Shown: piece by piece, positions 1 through 7,765 of the stretch
Numbering within the stretch: position 1 is the first letter of the stretch
How the letters are laid out: every line of letters starts with the position of its first letter
IMG/VR virus record: IMGVR_UViG_3300017700_000721
Location: 1-64,000 of that record
DNA: 64,000 nucleotides
DNA from: a virus
Taxonomy: Duplodnaviria; Caudoviricetes
Reading direction: 5' to 3' (one strand)
Notes under the pieces: model-generated
The model's database searches: none
What the model saw: the letters and a program-made list of their open reading frames with translations, nothing else
What the model was told of the DNA's origin: nothing
Made by a program: the position numbers and the translations under genes

Positions 1-1362
1 GTTCGCCCAATCAGAGCCAATAAGGTGGGTTGCGCCTACGGCAAGGTTCACGATGGCCACTCGGTAGCCGGTCAGCTCCTGGAACACCTCGGCAAACCTA
101 GGCCAGGCTGATCCCTCAGACGAAGCGTCATTACCGGTCGGGTCGGCCATTGCCTGAAAAGCCTGGCCTGAGACAGACCACTTCATCGCCGTCGGGATGG
201 AGGGGCCGTAGCTCAAGGCTCGACCCGCACCGTTCGACTGGGACGGGAACACTCCAAACACCTTGATGGTCTGCAGTAGGTTTAGGCTGACGTTAGAGTA
301 AATGGATCCGAGGTGGAACCGGATCTCCGAGCTAAAGGTCCGGCTGAGGGTCGCATCGTCGAAGGTTGAGAAGCGACCGTCGTCGCTCACCCAGGCCCCA
401 AACCCGTCGTCCGATAGACGGTCTGTTCCGTTGGCGATCATCCCGCCCGCTGCTACATACATATAGTAGCCGACGGCCTGTCCCTTCTTGATCGGCACGT
501 CAACCTGCTCGGAGTTGGCTCCGAGCTTGATCTGGATAGGGATCCACTCGACGATCGTCTTGGTGTCACCCGATATGTCGAAGATGCCCCAGAACCCGGT
601 GCCTGTCAAGACTCCAAAGTAGTCAATCTGCCTGACACGGCCGTCGGCGACCGCGGTCCAGCCAAAAACTACCGTCTTGTTCGTGATGCCGCTTCGGGTG
701 ATCAGAGGGGTGCCGATGGGACGGCCAAGGTACTGGACCCTCTCGATCCCGCGTCGAACTTCCGTTCTCTCGACGGAGACGGCTGTCGTGGTCACCGCTT
801 GGAACGTTATGTCGAAACCCAGCTGCAGTCGCAGCGCTGCTGTGATTGCCGTCACGGTTCCGCTGGTCGATACGTCGCCTGTGAGGCGATAATATCCGAA
901 CCCGTCAGGCTTATCTGTAGCGGTGTCGAGGTACGACACCAAGTTGGGTCCGTAGAACCCTACGTATTGACCTTTGGTGACTGGGATCTCCAGTGCCAAC
1001 GTCTTCAGACCTGAGGTCAGGATAGGTACCGGCACGTTCTTCACAACTGTCATCGTCGTGCTGACCAGCTCGCCGATCCGGATAAAGCCTGTTCCTGCGG
1101 CTTTACCCCAATAACGCATTGCCCGTAGGACGCCGTCCTGCTTTATCGGAGTCATTGAGAAGTAGGTGTTAGCTCCGAAAGCCGATCCGTCGGCAAACTC
1201 CCCGTCGATCGGGCGCATGATCGATTGCATGGCCTCGAGGTTGGAAGTTACCTTCCTCGCGTCTCGATTAGCGTATCCGCGCGGTGTCCCCGACTCGGAT
1301 ATTCCGCCTCGTTCACGCCAGAGCTGCTGGCTGACGGACACGATGTCATCGGCTTCGGACAT
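1..1362 (-). CDS. SGNH/sialate O-acetylesterase-like domain protein, probably virion/tail-associated (partial, runs off left edge)
   Basis: Manually translated, absent from ORF track: ATG at 1362, open to window edge (MSEADDIVSV...VFPVQSNGAGRA...SAWPRFAEVFQELTGYRVAIVNLAVGATHL...). QSNGAG and the P-F-..-NLAVGAT block resemble SASA-type SGNH hydrolases; beta-rich N-terminus. Confidence 0.6.
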   Translation of the reverse strand, partial: MSEADDIVSVSQQLWRERGGISESGTPRGYANRDARKVTSNLEAMQSIMRPIDGEFADGSAFGANTYFSMTPIKQDGVLRAMRYWGKAAGTGFIRIGELVSTTMTVVKNVPVPILTSGLKTLALEIPVTKGQYVGFYGPNLVSYLDTATDKPDGFGYYRLTGDVSTSGTVTAITAALRLQLGFDITFQAVTTTAVSVERTEVRRGIERVQYLGRPIGTPLITRSGITNKTVVFGWTAVADGRVRQIDYFGVLTGTGFWGIFDISGDTKTIVEWIPIQIKLGANSEQVDVPIKKGQAVGYYMYVAAGGMIANGTDRLSDDGFGAWVSDDGRFSTFDDATLSRTFSSEIRFHLGSIYSNVSLNLLQTIKVFGVFPSQSNGAGRALSYGPSIPTAMKWSVSGQAFQAMADPTGNDASSEGSAWPRFAEVFQELTGYRVAIVNLAVGATHLIGSDWAN

Positions 1363-1370
1363 TTAGCTCT

Positions 1371-1429
1371 CGCGAATTGGGTTCTAGCCTTACGTTCGCA
1401 GTAAAGCTAGGGCGGGTCCCCAATTCGCG
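1371..1429. other. Intergenic stem-loop (terminator or processing site)
   Basis: CGCGAATTGGG (1371-1381) / CCCAATTCGCG (1419-1429) inverted repeat with inner CTAGC/GCTAG stem. Confidence 0.55.
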
Positions 1430-1435
1430 GTTAGT

Positions 1436-1603
1436 TTAGTCCTCACGGAGAAGCTGACTACGACCGCCCTTCAGGAGACGCTTCAGGATCGCACGGGAAC
1501 CGCGGTTGGCAGCACGGCGGGTCTGCTTATGAGGACGGCCCCAGCTACCGCCAGCACGGCGGCCGATCTTCATCACGGTGTTGTTCAAGCTACCCATTTC
1601 CAT
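1436..1603 (-). CDS. Small Arg/Lys-rich basic protein (55 aa)
   Basis: MEMGSLNNTVMKIGRRAGGSWGRPHKQTRRAANRGSRAILKRLLKGGRSQLLRED*; CGT/AAG/GGT-rich codons like the apparently highly expressed genes; below ORF-track cutoff. Confidence 0.65.
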   Translation of the reverse strand: MEMGSLNNTVMKIGRRAGGSWGRPHKQTRRAANRGSRAILKRLLKGGRSQLLRED

Positions 1604-1619
1604 TTCCCCATCTTTATAT

Positions 1620-1913
1620 AGGACCGCCCCGTTACTCGGTCTATGCTACGGAGTACAGGGTGACCAGAGCACCGCCGCGCACGACGATGATTAGTTCCCT
1701 TGGTTAGTTACCCGTTCGGGCGCATCATTGGGAGCGTCAGGTTGCTATCTTCGTTTCGGCTTCAACAATCCCCAAGGCGCTACCCCTTGGGTAATCTCAG
1801 CCTAACTCTATCGGGACTTACTTTTTTACCCCTCCTTAAGGATAGCCCGCCTGCTTTCACCAGTTACCCGGTGCTTCGTATCCAGCCTATGGACTCCCGC
1901 CGTTCTAATCTCT
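1620..1913 (-). ncRNA. Putative structured ncRNA or long structured leader (~300 nt)
   Basis: Directly downstream of consensus promoter 1920-1948; no credible ORF; hairpins CACCGG-GUAA-CUGGUG and CCCAAGG-N7-CCUUGGG; long-range GAUUAG/CUAAUC, GUUAGG/CCUGAC, GGGAG/CUCCC. Confidence 0.6.
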
Positions 1914-1919
1914 GCCCCT

Positions 1920-1948
1920 ATTATATCACAAGGTGAGCTCCTTGTCAA
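1920..1948 (-). promoter_or_regulatory. sigma70-type promoter
   Basis: TTGACA-17-TATAAT with extended TG. Confidence 0.9.
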
Positions 1949-1959
1949 CACTCTAATCC

Positions 1960-2617
1960 ATTCCGTCGGTGCAACCCTGCTATGCGTAGGTTGCATAAAA
2001 GTTCGGCTGCCGGGGCTTTTCTGGCGTCCTGAGAGGGACCGACCCTGGCTTCTGGTGCGAGGTATAAGCTCCACACCACTCTCTATTATCCCGGCCGACC
2101 GGGCACCTTCGCCGGGTGCACCCGGCTCTGGTCTCTTTGTCTGTATCGGGCTGGTATCCAGGAGAGCGGCGCCGCCCTTTGCCCCTCCACCACTTCGCTT
2201 GTCCGACGAGAATGGCCATCCCGTCCTTCCGCTCGACTTCCCTATTCGACTCGATCGCGTCGAGCCTACTGAGGGTTGTGCCCAATCTCTAATATCGAGG
2301 CCTGCGGAACGCGGTCAGTACGTCGACCAATCGGGGGAGAGATACGATTTCCCGCCGCGTCCGCCTGCCCGACGGTGCGATGCGACCCAGGGGATCGGTT
2401 ACGCCGCGTCGAAGAGGTTGGACTTGCCGCCTGCACCAGCTTCCTTTTCAGTCTACTGGAAGATCGACAAGTCCATTAGAGGGTATCCTATCGGATGATC
2501 CAGCCGGCCCCGCTTCAGTTGCCGGGCTGCCCCTCTCAAGACTTCCTCGCCTTCTAACGCACCCGGCGAGGTTGGGTGCCATCGTCGTGAGGATGCGCGT
2601 TCTGTTTCCCTCTTGAC
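1960..2617 (-). ncRNA. Putative large structured ncRNA (~660 nt)
   Basis: Own consensus promoter at 2624-2652; H-type pseudoknot 2545-2579; 12-bp long-range helix 2531-2542/2026-2037; 10-bp helix 2465-2474/2420-2429; mismatches are G-U on the minus strand only; no credible ORF. Confidence 0.75.
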
Positions 2618-2623
2618 CTCACT

Positions 2624-2652
2624 ATTATATCATAACGGAGTCAAGGTGTCAA
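2624..2652 (-). promoter_or_regulatory. sigma70-type promoter
   Basis: TTGACA-17-TATAAT with extended TG. Confidence 0.9.
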
Positions 2653-2668
2653 CTAACAATGCATGCAG

Positions 2669-3112
2669 TTAAGGAATACCTGTTATGCGTTCTTGATCAT
2701 CCTCGATTGGCCGGTAGGCGTAGTTGCCTGACTCGTAGGTTCTAGGCTCCGTTCCCTTCCCCAGGAACGCTCTCCGCCTTGACTTTCTCAGCCACTCTGT
2801 TAGACTCAGGGTCCCTGCTCCTGGTCCGCTGACGGGAACCCACTCGCCCAAGGGATGAAGGGTCCGGCGCTCCCACTGGGGCGGCAATCTCGCGACGGCG
2901 CCTTTCTGAGGCCGAGAGGTTCTCACTCGGGGTACTTGCCCCGAGAGGTCGGGCTGCTTTAACACCCACTTCCTGGCCAGGACTTTGCTCAGGAAGCTCT
3001 CCACCCTCTTTCCGTCTTTCTCGACGCTGTACACCCGGCTTTGGCTTGTTTTTACTCGTCGGATGAGGTGGCCGTTGAGAACGATCGGGGAACTCCTTGT
3101 TCCTTGCCTCAC
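2669..3112 (-). CDS. Hypothetical protein (overlaps RNase H C-terminal extension)
   Basis: 147-aa ORF, GTG start, globular-looking N-terminal half; ends just before next promoter. Confidence 0.5.
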   Translation of the reverse strand: MRQGTRSSPIVLNGHLIRRVKTSQSRVYSVEKDGKRVESFLSKVLARKWVLKQPDLSGQVPRVRTSRPQKGAVARLPPQWERRTLHPLGEWVPVSGPGAGTLSLTEWLRKSRRRAFLGKGTEPRTYESGNYAYRPIEDDQERITGIP

Positions 3113-3560
3113 GCATGGCCTCCTTCGCCATCTGGTCGCAGAGATTGTTCACACTAAACCTCGAGCCGTCTCCTGGCTGATGCCCTTTGACGTGCTTGGT
3201 TCGGAAGGTTAGGTTGAAACTCTCCGCCATCTTGAAAACGGCATCCCGGATCTCCTTGGACTCGGGGCTAAGTCTTTGCTTCGGTGTCCCGCCTACGTAG
3301 GTAAAGACTCCGAGCGCAGATAGACTGTCACACTGGACGAGGACCTCGTCGCCTACGAGGATGCCGCCTGCTTGAAGCCCTGAGTAAAGGACGTTTACGG
3401 CGGCTCGTGCCTCTGCGATGTCAGTCTTGTCTGTCTTTGCCTTTAGGACACCTTTGAACTGGAGTCCCTGCTGCATGCGATTGCTTTTAACCCAACCGCC
3501 ATATCCCACGATCCCCGTCTGTTGACAATGGGATGCGTCGGAGAAGAGCGTCACTAGCAA
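2742..3560 (-). CDS. rnhA: Ribonuclease HI
   Basis: FSDAS, AEARA, VQCDS, KHVKGH, NNLCDQMAK catalytic motifs; low-complexity tail. Confidence 0.9.
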   Translation of the reverse strand: MLVTLFSDASHCQQTGIVGYGGWVKSNRMQQGLQFKGVLKAKTDKTDIAEARAAVNVLYSGLQAGGILVGDEVLVQCDSLSALGVFTYVGGTPKQRLSPESKEIRDAVFKMAESFNLTFRTKHVKGHQPGDGSRFSVNNLCDQMAKEAMREARNKEFPDRSQRPPHPTSKNKPKPGVQRRERRKEGGELPEQSPGQEVGVKAARPLGASTPSENLSASERRRREIAAPVGAPDPSSLGRVGSRQRTRSRDPESNRVAEKVKAESVPGEGNGA

Positions 3561-3564
3561 ATCA

Positions 3565-4155
3565 TTACCTCCATGTTCGATGTTTGTCCTTGAAGTGTAA
3601 AACCTGTCGACGAGGGCTATCCTGCTCCTGCACGAGGAGTCGATCGTTGTATATAACTTCTACGGTCGCCGGTATTTCTACTTCGTTGGTGGTCCCGTCA
3701 ATGTTAAATTGCGTAAGGAGTATTGAAATCTCGTCCCCTTTCCCTGGTTGGGTCTGCTCGGGAGGCTCAAGGTCGCGAGCATGGACAGCGAACTTGGGTC
3801 CAATCTGGACAGGATAACCCATGTAGAAGGTGACTGGTGGGTACGGTACAATGTCCGGTGTGGCACACTTCCCGCTTTGAATGAGGTAATACTGCAGGTC
3901 CTTGTGCTCAATGTCCGTGATCTCAATCAGACAGACAAGAAGGTCCAATGTGTTGTAATGGGCAATCTCCTCGTTAATACGAAGGAGAATGTCCTCGGCG
4001 TTCCGCCAGATATGGTCTGATGTGGAACCCGGCGCCGGGCGGTCTGTGGGTAGGCCTACTATAGCGATGTTGTTCCAGTCGGGAGCGTTCCCAAACAATG
4101 AGTGGGCTACTGTCTTCAGTCCGCCAAGGAGAGTGTCCCATGCGTTAACCATCAC
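3565..4155 (-). CDS. Hypothetical protein
   Basis: 196-aa ORF coupled to neighbours. Confidence 0.7.
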   Translation of the reverse strand: MMVNAWDTLLGGLKTVAHSLFGNAPDWNNIAIVGLPTDRPAPGSTSDHIWRNAEDILLRINEEIAHYNTLDLLVCLIEITDIEHKDLQYYLIQSGKCATPDIVPYPPVTFYMGYPVQIGPKFAVHARDLEPPEQTQPGKGDEISILLTQFNIDGTTNEVEIPATVEVIYNDRLLVQEQDSPRRQVLHFKDKHRTWR

Positions 4156-4457
4156 GGTTCCCAGCTGTATCCCTTACCGTAGGTTGTCCTAATGGCTGAG
4201 AAGTCGGGGTCCACCCTGAGGAACTTCTTCTCCGTCCGGAGTTTGATCACCCGGATCGCGTTCGACCCTTGGTCCGCATTCTTCCAATCGGACTGGAAGA
4301 TGTGCTGGTAAGCCTCTTTGTACGAGCAAGGCTGCCCGTTCCTCCCCTTCACGAAGGCGAGGAACTTCTTCTCCGTCGGCGAGAATAGCAGTGGATTGCC
4401 CTTCCATTCGAAGGTCCTCGAGGCAGGCTCGCTTACGGGCAATGACGTTGAGGACAT
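4152..4457 (-). CDS. Stand-alone OmpR/PhoB-type winged-helix DNA-binding protein
   Basis: LLFSPTEKKFL...NAIRVIKLRTEKKF...IRTTYGKGY pattern of Trans_reg_C. Confidence 0.8.
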   Translation of the reverse strand: MSSTSLPVSEPASRTFEWKGNPLLFSPTEKKFLAFVKGRNGQPCSYKEAYQHIFQSDWKNADQGSNAIRVIKLRTEKKFLRVDPDFSAIRTTYGKGYSWEP

Positions 4458-4944
4458 GTTCGTCCATGCTCTTTATGTTGAGATTATGGAGGAGGTGGGG
4501 GTAGCCGTACTTCCAGTTTGCGTCGACCCGAGCCATACGGAGCTTAGTCTGTATGTCTGCGCAAGCATCCACGTAGTCAGGAGGGTCTGACATTACCGGC
4601 ACATGGTGCTCGTCGTGGATCGGAGGTGGATGGTTAAATGTGAATTCGTAAGCCTTGCGGAAGGCTGCTTCAAACTGCTCGTCGGACAGCTTGTCGAACT
4701 GAGCTCGGAAACCTGATCCGTTCTCGGGCAAAGTGCTTCCTAGCGTCTTGTAGCCGCAGCCGTAGCGCCATCCGTACATCAGCAGTTTCTGCACCTGCCT
4801 GATCTGGATGTGCTGGGCGATCGGAATGGTAGAGATTGGAGCCATCACCCGGGCTGCGGCCGTAGCTGTTTCCGGCATTGCCGGCTGAACGGCAGCGGCT
4901 GTCGCCAGGCCGAAGAAGCTCCGTCGGGTCAGGTTGACCTTCAC
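4189..4944 (-). CDS. Hypothetical protein with twin-arginine-like N-terminus
   Basis: GTG overlapping upstream TGA; NLTRRSFFGLATAAAV. Confidence 0.6.
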   Translation of the reverse strand: MKVNLTRRSFFGLATAAAVQPAMPETATAAARVMAPISTIPIAQHIQIRQVQKLLMYGWRYGCGYKTLGSTLPENGSGFRAQFDKLSDEQFEAAFRKAYEFTFNHPPPIHDEHHVPVMSDPPDYVDACADIQTKLRMARVDANWKYGYPHLLHNLNIKSMDEHVLNVIARKRACLEDLRMEGQSTAILADGEEVPRLREGEERAALLVQRGLPAHLPVRLEECGPRVERDPGDQTPDGEEVPQGGPRLLSH

Positions 4945-5078
4945 TTCGAAGCCTTCTTGTGGTTCTTTAGCATCTTGAGAGCTGCGTAAGGATCGCTGTG
5001 CTCGAAGCACAGCCCGCAACTACATGTCACCTTTGTGGTGGGTACGGCTGGCTCATAGCTCTTCAGGTTGTGCTTCAT
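4941..5078 (-). CDS. Small Cys/His protein (45 aa)
   Basis: MKHNLKSY...CSCGLCFEH...NH; fills gap, GTGA coupling. Confidence 0.55.
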   Translation of the reverse strand: MKHNLKSYEPAVPTTKVTCSCGLCFEHSDPYAALKMLKNHKKASK

Positions 5079-5087
5079 CGTAAGTCC

Positions 5088-5300
5088 CTATACAGGGAGA
5101 AGGTTTACACCCCAGGTCTGGGCGATGAAGCCGGCGCGGCGGAAGCGCATGGACTTACGATCCCCATACGCCATCGCCGGCTTCTTCAGGATCGATCGCT
5201 GGTCCTCTTTGACCAACTCCACGAGACGCGCTTGGTGGCGAGCATGGATCTTGCCTTCGTCGTAGGCTAGCTCGTGGAACCCGTCAAACTGCTCGGTCAT
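5088..5300 (-). CDS. Hypothetical early protein
   Basis: GGAGG SD, directly after promoter. Confidence 0.75.
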   Translation of the reverse strand: MTEQFDGFHELAYDEGKIHARHQARLVELVKEDQRSILKKPAMAYGDRKSMRFRRAGFIAQTWGVNLLPV

Positions 5301-5318
5301 GGTAGCCTCCAGGTCCTT

Positions 5319-5347
5319 ATTATATCACACCTGGGTAAGCTTGTCAA
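5319..5347 (-). promoter_or_regulatory. sigma70-type promoter
   Basis: TTGACA-17-TATAAT. Confidence 0.9.
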
Positions 5348-5613
5348 CTCGTCCGGATTGCTCGGTACTGGGTGTTAAGCCGCTTCATCAGCCCGATCTC
5401 GGAGTCCAGCTTCGCCCCGAGGTTGATAAGGGTTGAGCGTAGGTTCGCCGCCTCCACTTCGGTCAGGCCCAGGCTCTTGATCAGGGAGTGGTTGGAAAGG
5501 TTTGTGACCCGCTCCTTCAAATCACGGAGCTCGGCGCCGATGGTCGAAGTGGCCGAGATCTTGGCCCCTACGAGGACTTGGTTGCGGTTCCCAGCGTTCG
5601 TGTAACGAGCCAT
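5344..5613 (-). CDS. Hypothetical protein (helical)
   Basis: GGAGG SD; TAATG coupling. Confidence 0.7.
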   Translation of the reverse strand: MARYTNAGNRNQVLVGAKISATSTIGAELRDLKERVTNLSNHSLIKSLGLTEVEAANLRSTLINLGAKLDSEIGLMKRLNTQYRAIRTS

Positions 5614-5813
5614 TAGCGCTTCCTCCAACCGCCCACATAACCGAAGAAAGCCCAGAGCCTGTCTCCCCTCGTCGGGTTAGGGTCGTAGTCGACAGCCCAC
5701 CCTAGTCGTTTATAGGTCTGACCTTCTTCAGAAGTGAGACCCAACCAGATTGTTACACCCTTCCGAAAGATGCGATAGGTTGCTTTCGGTGCGGTTGGCT
5801 GCGGCTCGGTCAT
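5613..5813 (-). CDS. Hypothetical protein
   Basis: 66-aa ORF tiling the operon. Confidence 0.6.
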   Translation of the reverse strand: MTEPQPTAPKATYRIFRKGVTIWLGLTSEEGQTYKRLGWAVDYDPNPTRGDRLWAFFGYVGGWRKR

Positions 5814-6035
5814 CTAAGGCCTCTTGGGGAACTCGGCGGCACGGCTCAGCCACTTCTTCCTGAATACATGCCCGAGGTCCACGTTATGAGAAGAGCTAAG
5901 GAACCTCCCGCCCTTGGCTTCGTCGTAGTAAACCCCGGTAGGTATTCCGCCGGCGACTGGCCGGTGAGGCTTCCTCTTCACGGTGTACGGGCGGCCCAGC
6001 ATCATCCTCACGTCGGGCAGGCGATCTGCTACCAT
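5814..6035 (-). CDS. Hypothetical protein
   Basis: 73-aa ORF tiling the operon. Confidence 0.55.
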   Translation of the reverse strand: MVADRLPDVRMMLGRPYTVKRKPHRPVAGGIPTGVYYDEAKGGRFLSSSHNVDLGHVFRKKWLSRAAEFPKRP

Positions 6036-6457
6036 GGCTGTTGCGGGAAGTCAGCCGTCCGGTTCTTCCACAGCTCGTGGAAGTTGCGACCAAGGCCTCT
6101 GTGTGTCGCGTTGGTCTTGAACTGACCTGTCACGCCGTCCCAATAGATCCCTTGAGGGATCGGCAGGTTGTTCGACGGGGTTGCGTCCTTGACCTGCGGG
6201 TCGGTGAGGAAGCGGAGCTTCTGGATGGAGCGCTCGATCTCCTTCTCCATGTCGTCGAGTGCCTTCTCGGCCTTCATGACGGTGGCGTCACGGTCGAGAG
6301 CGAAGGTGACCATGGATATAGCGGCCACGCTCCCCTTCTCGGCTGTGGTGATGTGCGTCTTGCCGAACCAGAGCTTGAGCTCATGACCCTCGTCGACGAC
6401 CTTAATGTGCTTGAGTAGAGAGAAGAGGTTGGCAGTTTCGTTCGTCGACGAGGTCAT
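6029..6457 (-). CDS. Hypothetical protein
   Basis: 142-aa ORF, AAGGA SD. Confidence 0.75.
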   Translation of the reverse strand: MTSSTNETANLFSLLKHIKVVDEGHELKLWFGKTHITTAEKGSVAAISMVTFALDRDATVMKAEKALDDMEKEIERSIQKLRFLTDPQVKDATPSNNLPIPQGIYWDGVTGQFKTNATHRGLGRNFHELWKNRTADFPQQPW

Positions 6458-6466
6458 TATAAGTCC

Positions 6467-6694
6467 TTAGGTGTCGGCGCTTGAGGGGCGGCCCGTCTCG
6501 TAGTTGAAGAGGGCCTTGTTCTCCGGAATGGCCATGTCCGTGATCTCACCCCGGTAGCCGTCGGCGCGCACGGCCGGGAAGACTTCGGACGCCGGGCCCC
6601 GGTAGTCCTCCATCTCCACGTCGTTCTGGTCGAACACCCGTGTGGTTCCGTCGAGAAGCTGGAATACCTTCGTGATCCTACGCTGTTCGTCCAT
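6467..6694 (-). CDS. Hypothetical protein
   Basis: AGGAG SD before MDEQRR. Confidence 0.7.
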   Translation of the reverse strand: MDEQRRITKVFQLLDGTTRVFDQNDVEMEDYRGPASEVFPAVRADGYRGEITDMAIPENKALFNYETGRPSSADT

Positions 6695-6695
6695 G

Positions 6696-7151
6696 TCAAA
6701 ACTCCTGGCTGTCGTCAACGGTGTATACCTTGCTCACCCAATCAGAGTGATTAGCGAAAACAAAGCGATCCTGCTGGCCAACCTCCCCACCTACGTAGAA
6801 ACGCTTGTCGGCCGCAACGTGCACGAAGTCTGGCTTCCCGAAGAAGCGAACCATCCGGTCAAATTGCTCGGTTCCACGCTTCACGCCGACGAAGTGTAAG
6901 GCTGAGCTGTCCCCTGGGAACGAGTAGTAACCCCTGGTTACTTCAGCCATATCTCGGGTGACACCGCTGTAGGCTACGTGCACCTCCATCAAGGAGAAAG
7001 CCTGCGCCAACGAGAAGCCCATCGTCCGGTAGTTCCGACCAGACAAGAACTCGCTGTGCATCAACGTCTTGGGTATGGGCGGGCTCAAGGGAGGCGGCTC
7101 AGGCATCCCTCGCAACCTCTTAACCTTGGCCTTCATCTCGGGGCTCATCAT
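6696..7151 (-). CDS. Hypothetical early protein
   Basis: GAGGAG SD after promoter. Confidence 0.75.
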   Translation of the reverse strand: MMSPEMKAKVKRLRGMPEPPPLSPPIPKTLMHSEFLSGRNYRTMGFSLAQAFSLMEVHVAYSGVTRDMAEVTRGYYSFPGDSSALHFVGVKRGTEQFDRMVRFFGKPDFVHVAADKRFYVGGEVGQQDRFVFANHSDWVSKVYTVDDSQEF

Positions 7152-7174
7152 GGCATGTCTCCTCTGTTGTGCCC

Positions 7175-7203
7175 ATTATAACACAACCTAGGGTTGGTGT
7201 CAA
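7175..7203 (-). promoter_or_regulatory. sigma70-type promoter
   Basis: TTGACA-17-TATAAT. Confidence 0.9.
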
Positions 7204-7529
7204 CGTTCTATTTCAAGTCCTCGCTCCTCCATCCGGCGCTTCCATTCCTCACGACGAGTCTTGGTCCAGCCCCGGTAGTGCCAGTAATCAAACTCACCTG
7301 GCTGGAAAGGACCGTAGGTCCTAACTACAGGTAGGTGCCTCTGGACCACCTGAAATGCCATGAGGGTGCGGGCCGAGGTTCGCCTCATAGCAGGCGTCAG
7401 GTCCGATACGTTAAAGTCGTAGGCTGTCGCCTGACGGAGATCGCCTCGATCGGTGATCACTAAGGCTTCTGCGAGGGCGGCGGTCGCAATTATCCGTGCG
7501 TCTTCCAGGTTCATCTCTTGGCTCATCAT
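7200..7529 (-). CDS. Hypothetical protein
   Basis: AGGAGG SD before MMSQEM. Confidence 0.7.
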   Translation of the reverse strand: MMSQEMNLEDARIIATAALAEALVITDRGDLRQATAYDFNVSDLTPAMRRTSARTLMAFQVVQRHLPVVRTYGPFQPGEFDYWHYRGWTKTRREEWKRRMEERGLEIER

Positions 7530-7542
7530 AAGAGCCTCCTGT

Positions 7543-7761
7543 TTACAGCTGTGCCTTGATGACCATCGCGGCGTAGCGGGCGGCGGTGTTATCGTCACCC
7601 TCGATCCCGGCGGCCTTGGCCTTAGCCAAGGATTGCAGCATCTCCTTGAAGACGCTGTCGCGCGGCAGGATCGGCCCGTCACGCATCATCCAGATGACCT
7701 GCTCGAGGGTCGCCCGCATCTGACGGGCTGCGCTGTCTCGCTCGTTCTGCTCGGTGCTCAT
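7543..7761 (-). CDS. Hypothetical protein
   Basis: SD before MSTEQN; strong codon bias. Confidence 0.7.
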   Translation of the reverse strand: MSTEQNERDSAARQMRATLEQVIWMMRDGPILPRDSVFKEMLQSLAKAKAAGIEGDDNTAARYAAMVIKAQL

Positions 7762-7765
7762 GTCC

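Noticed and set aside
1620-1919. tmRNA (GGGGC start, A-rich UAAGU resume-like motif)
   Set aside because: GGGGC lies between the -10 box and the expected TSS; no T arm or CCA end; putative tag frame (PDRVRLRLPKG) is not ssrA-like
2096-2130. Group II intron domain V (GAGCCGGGUGC...)
   Set aside because: Bulge is on the wrong side, no domain VI or GUGYG 5' end, no interrupted gene or maturase
1960-2617. RNase P RNA (GAGGAAGUC ... CAGAA)
   Set aside because: Other universally conserved RNase P segments not found and length is too great
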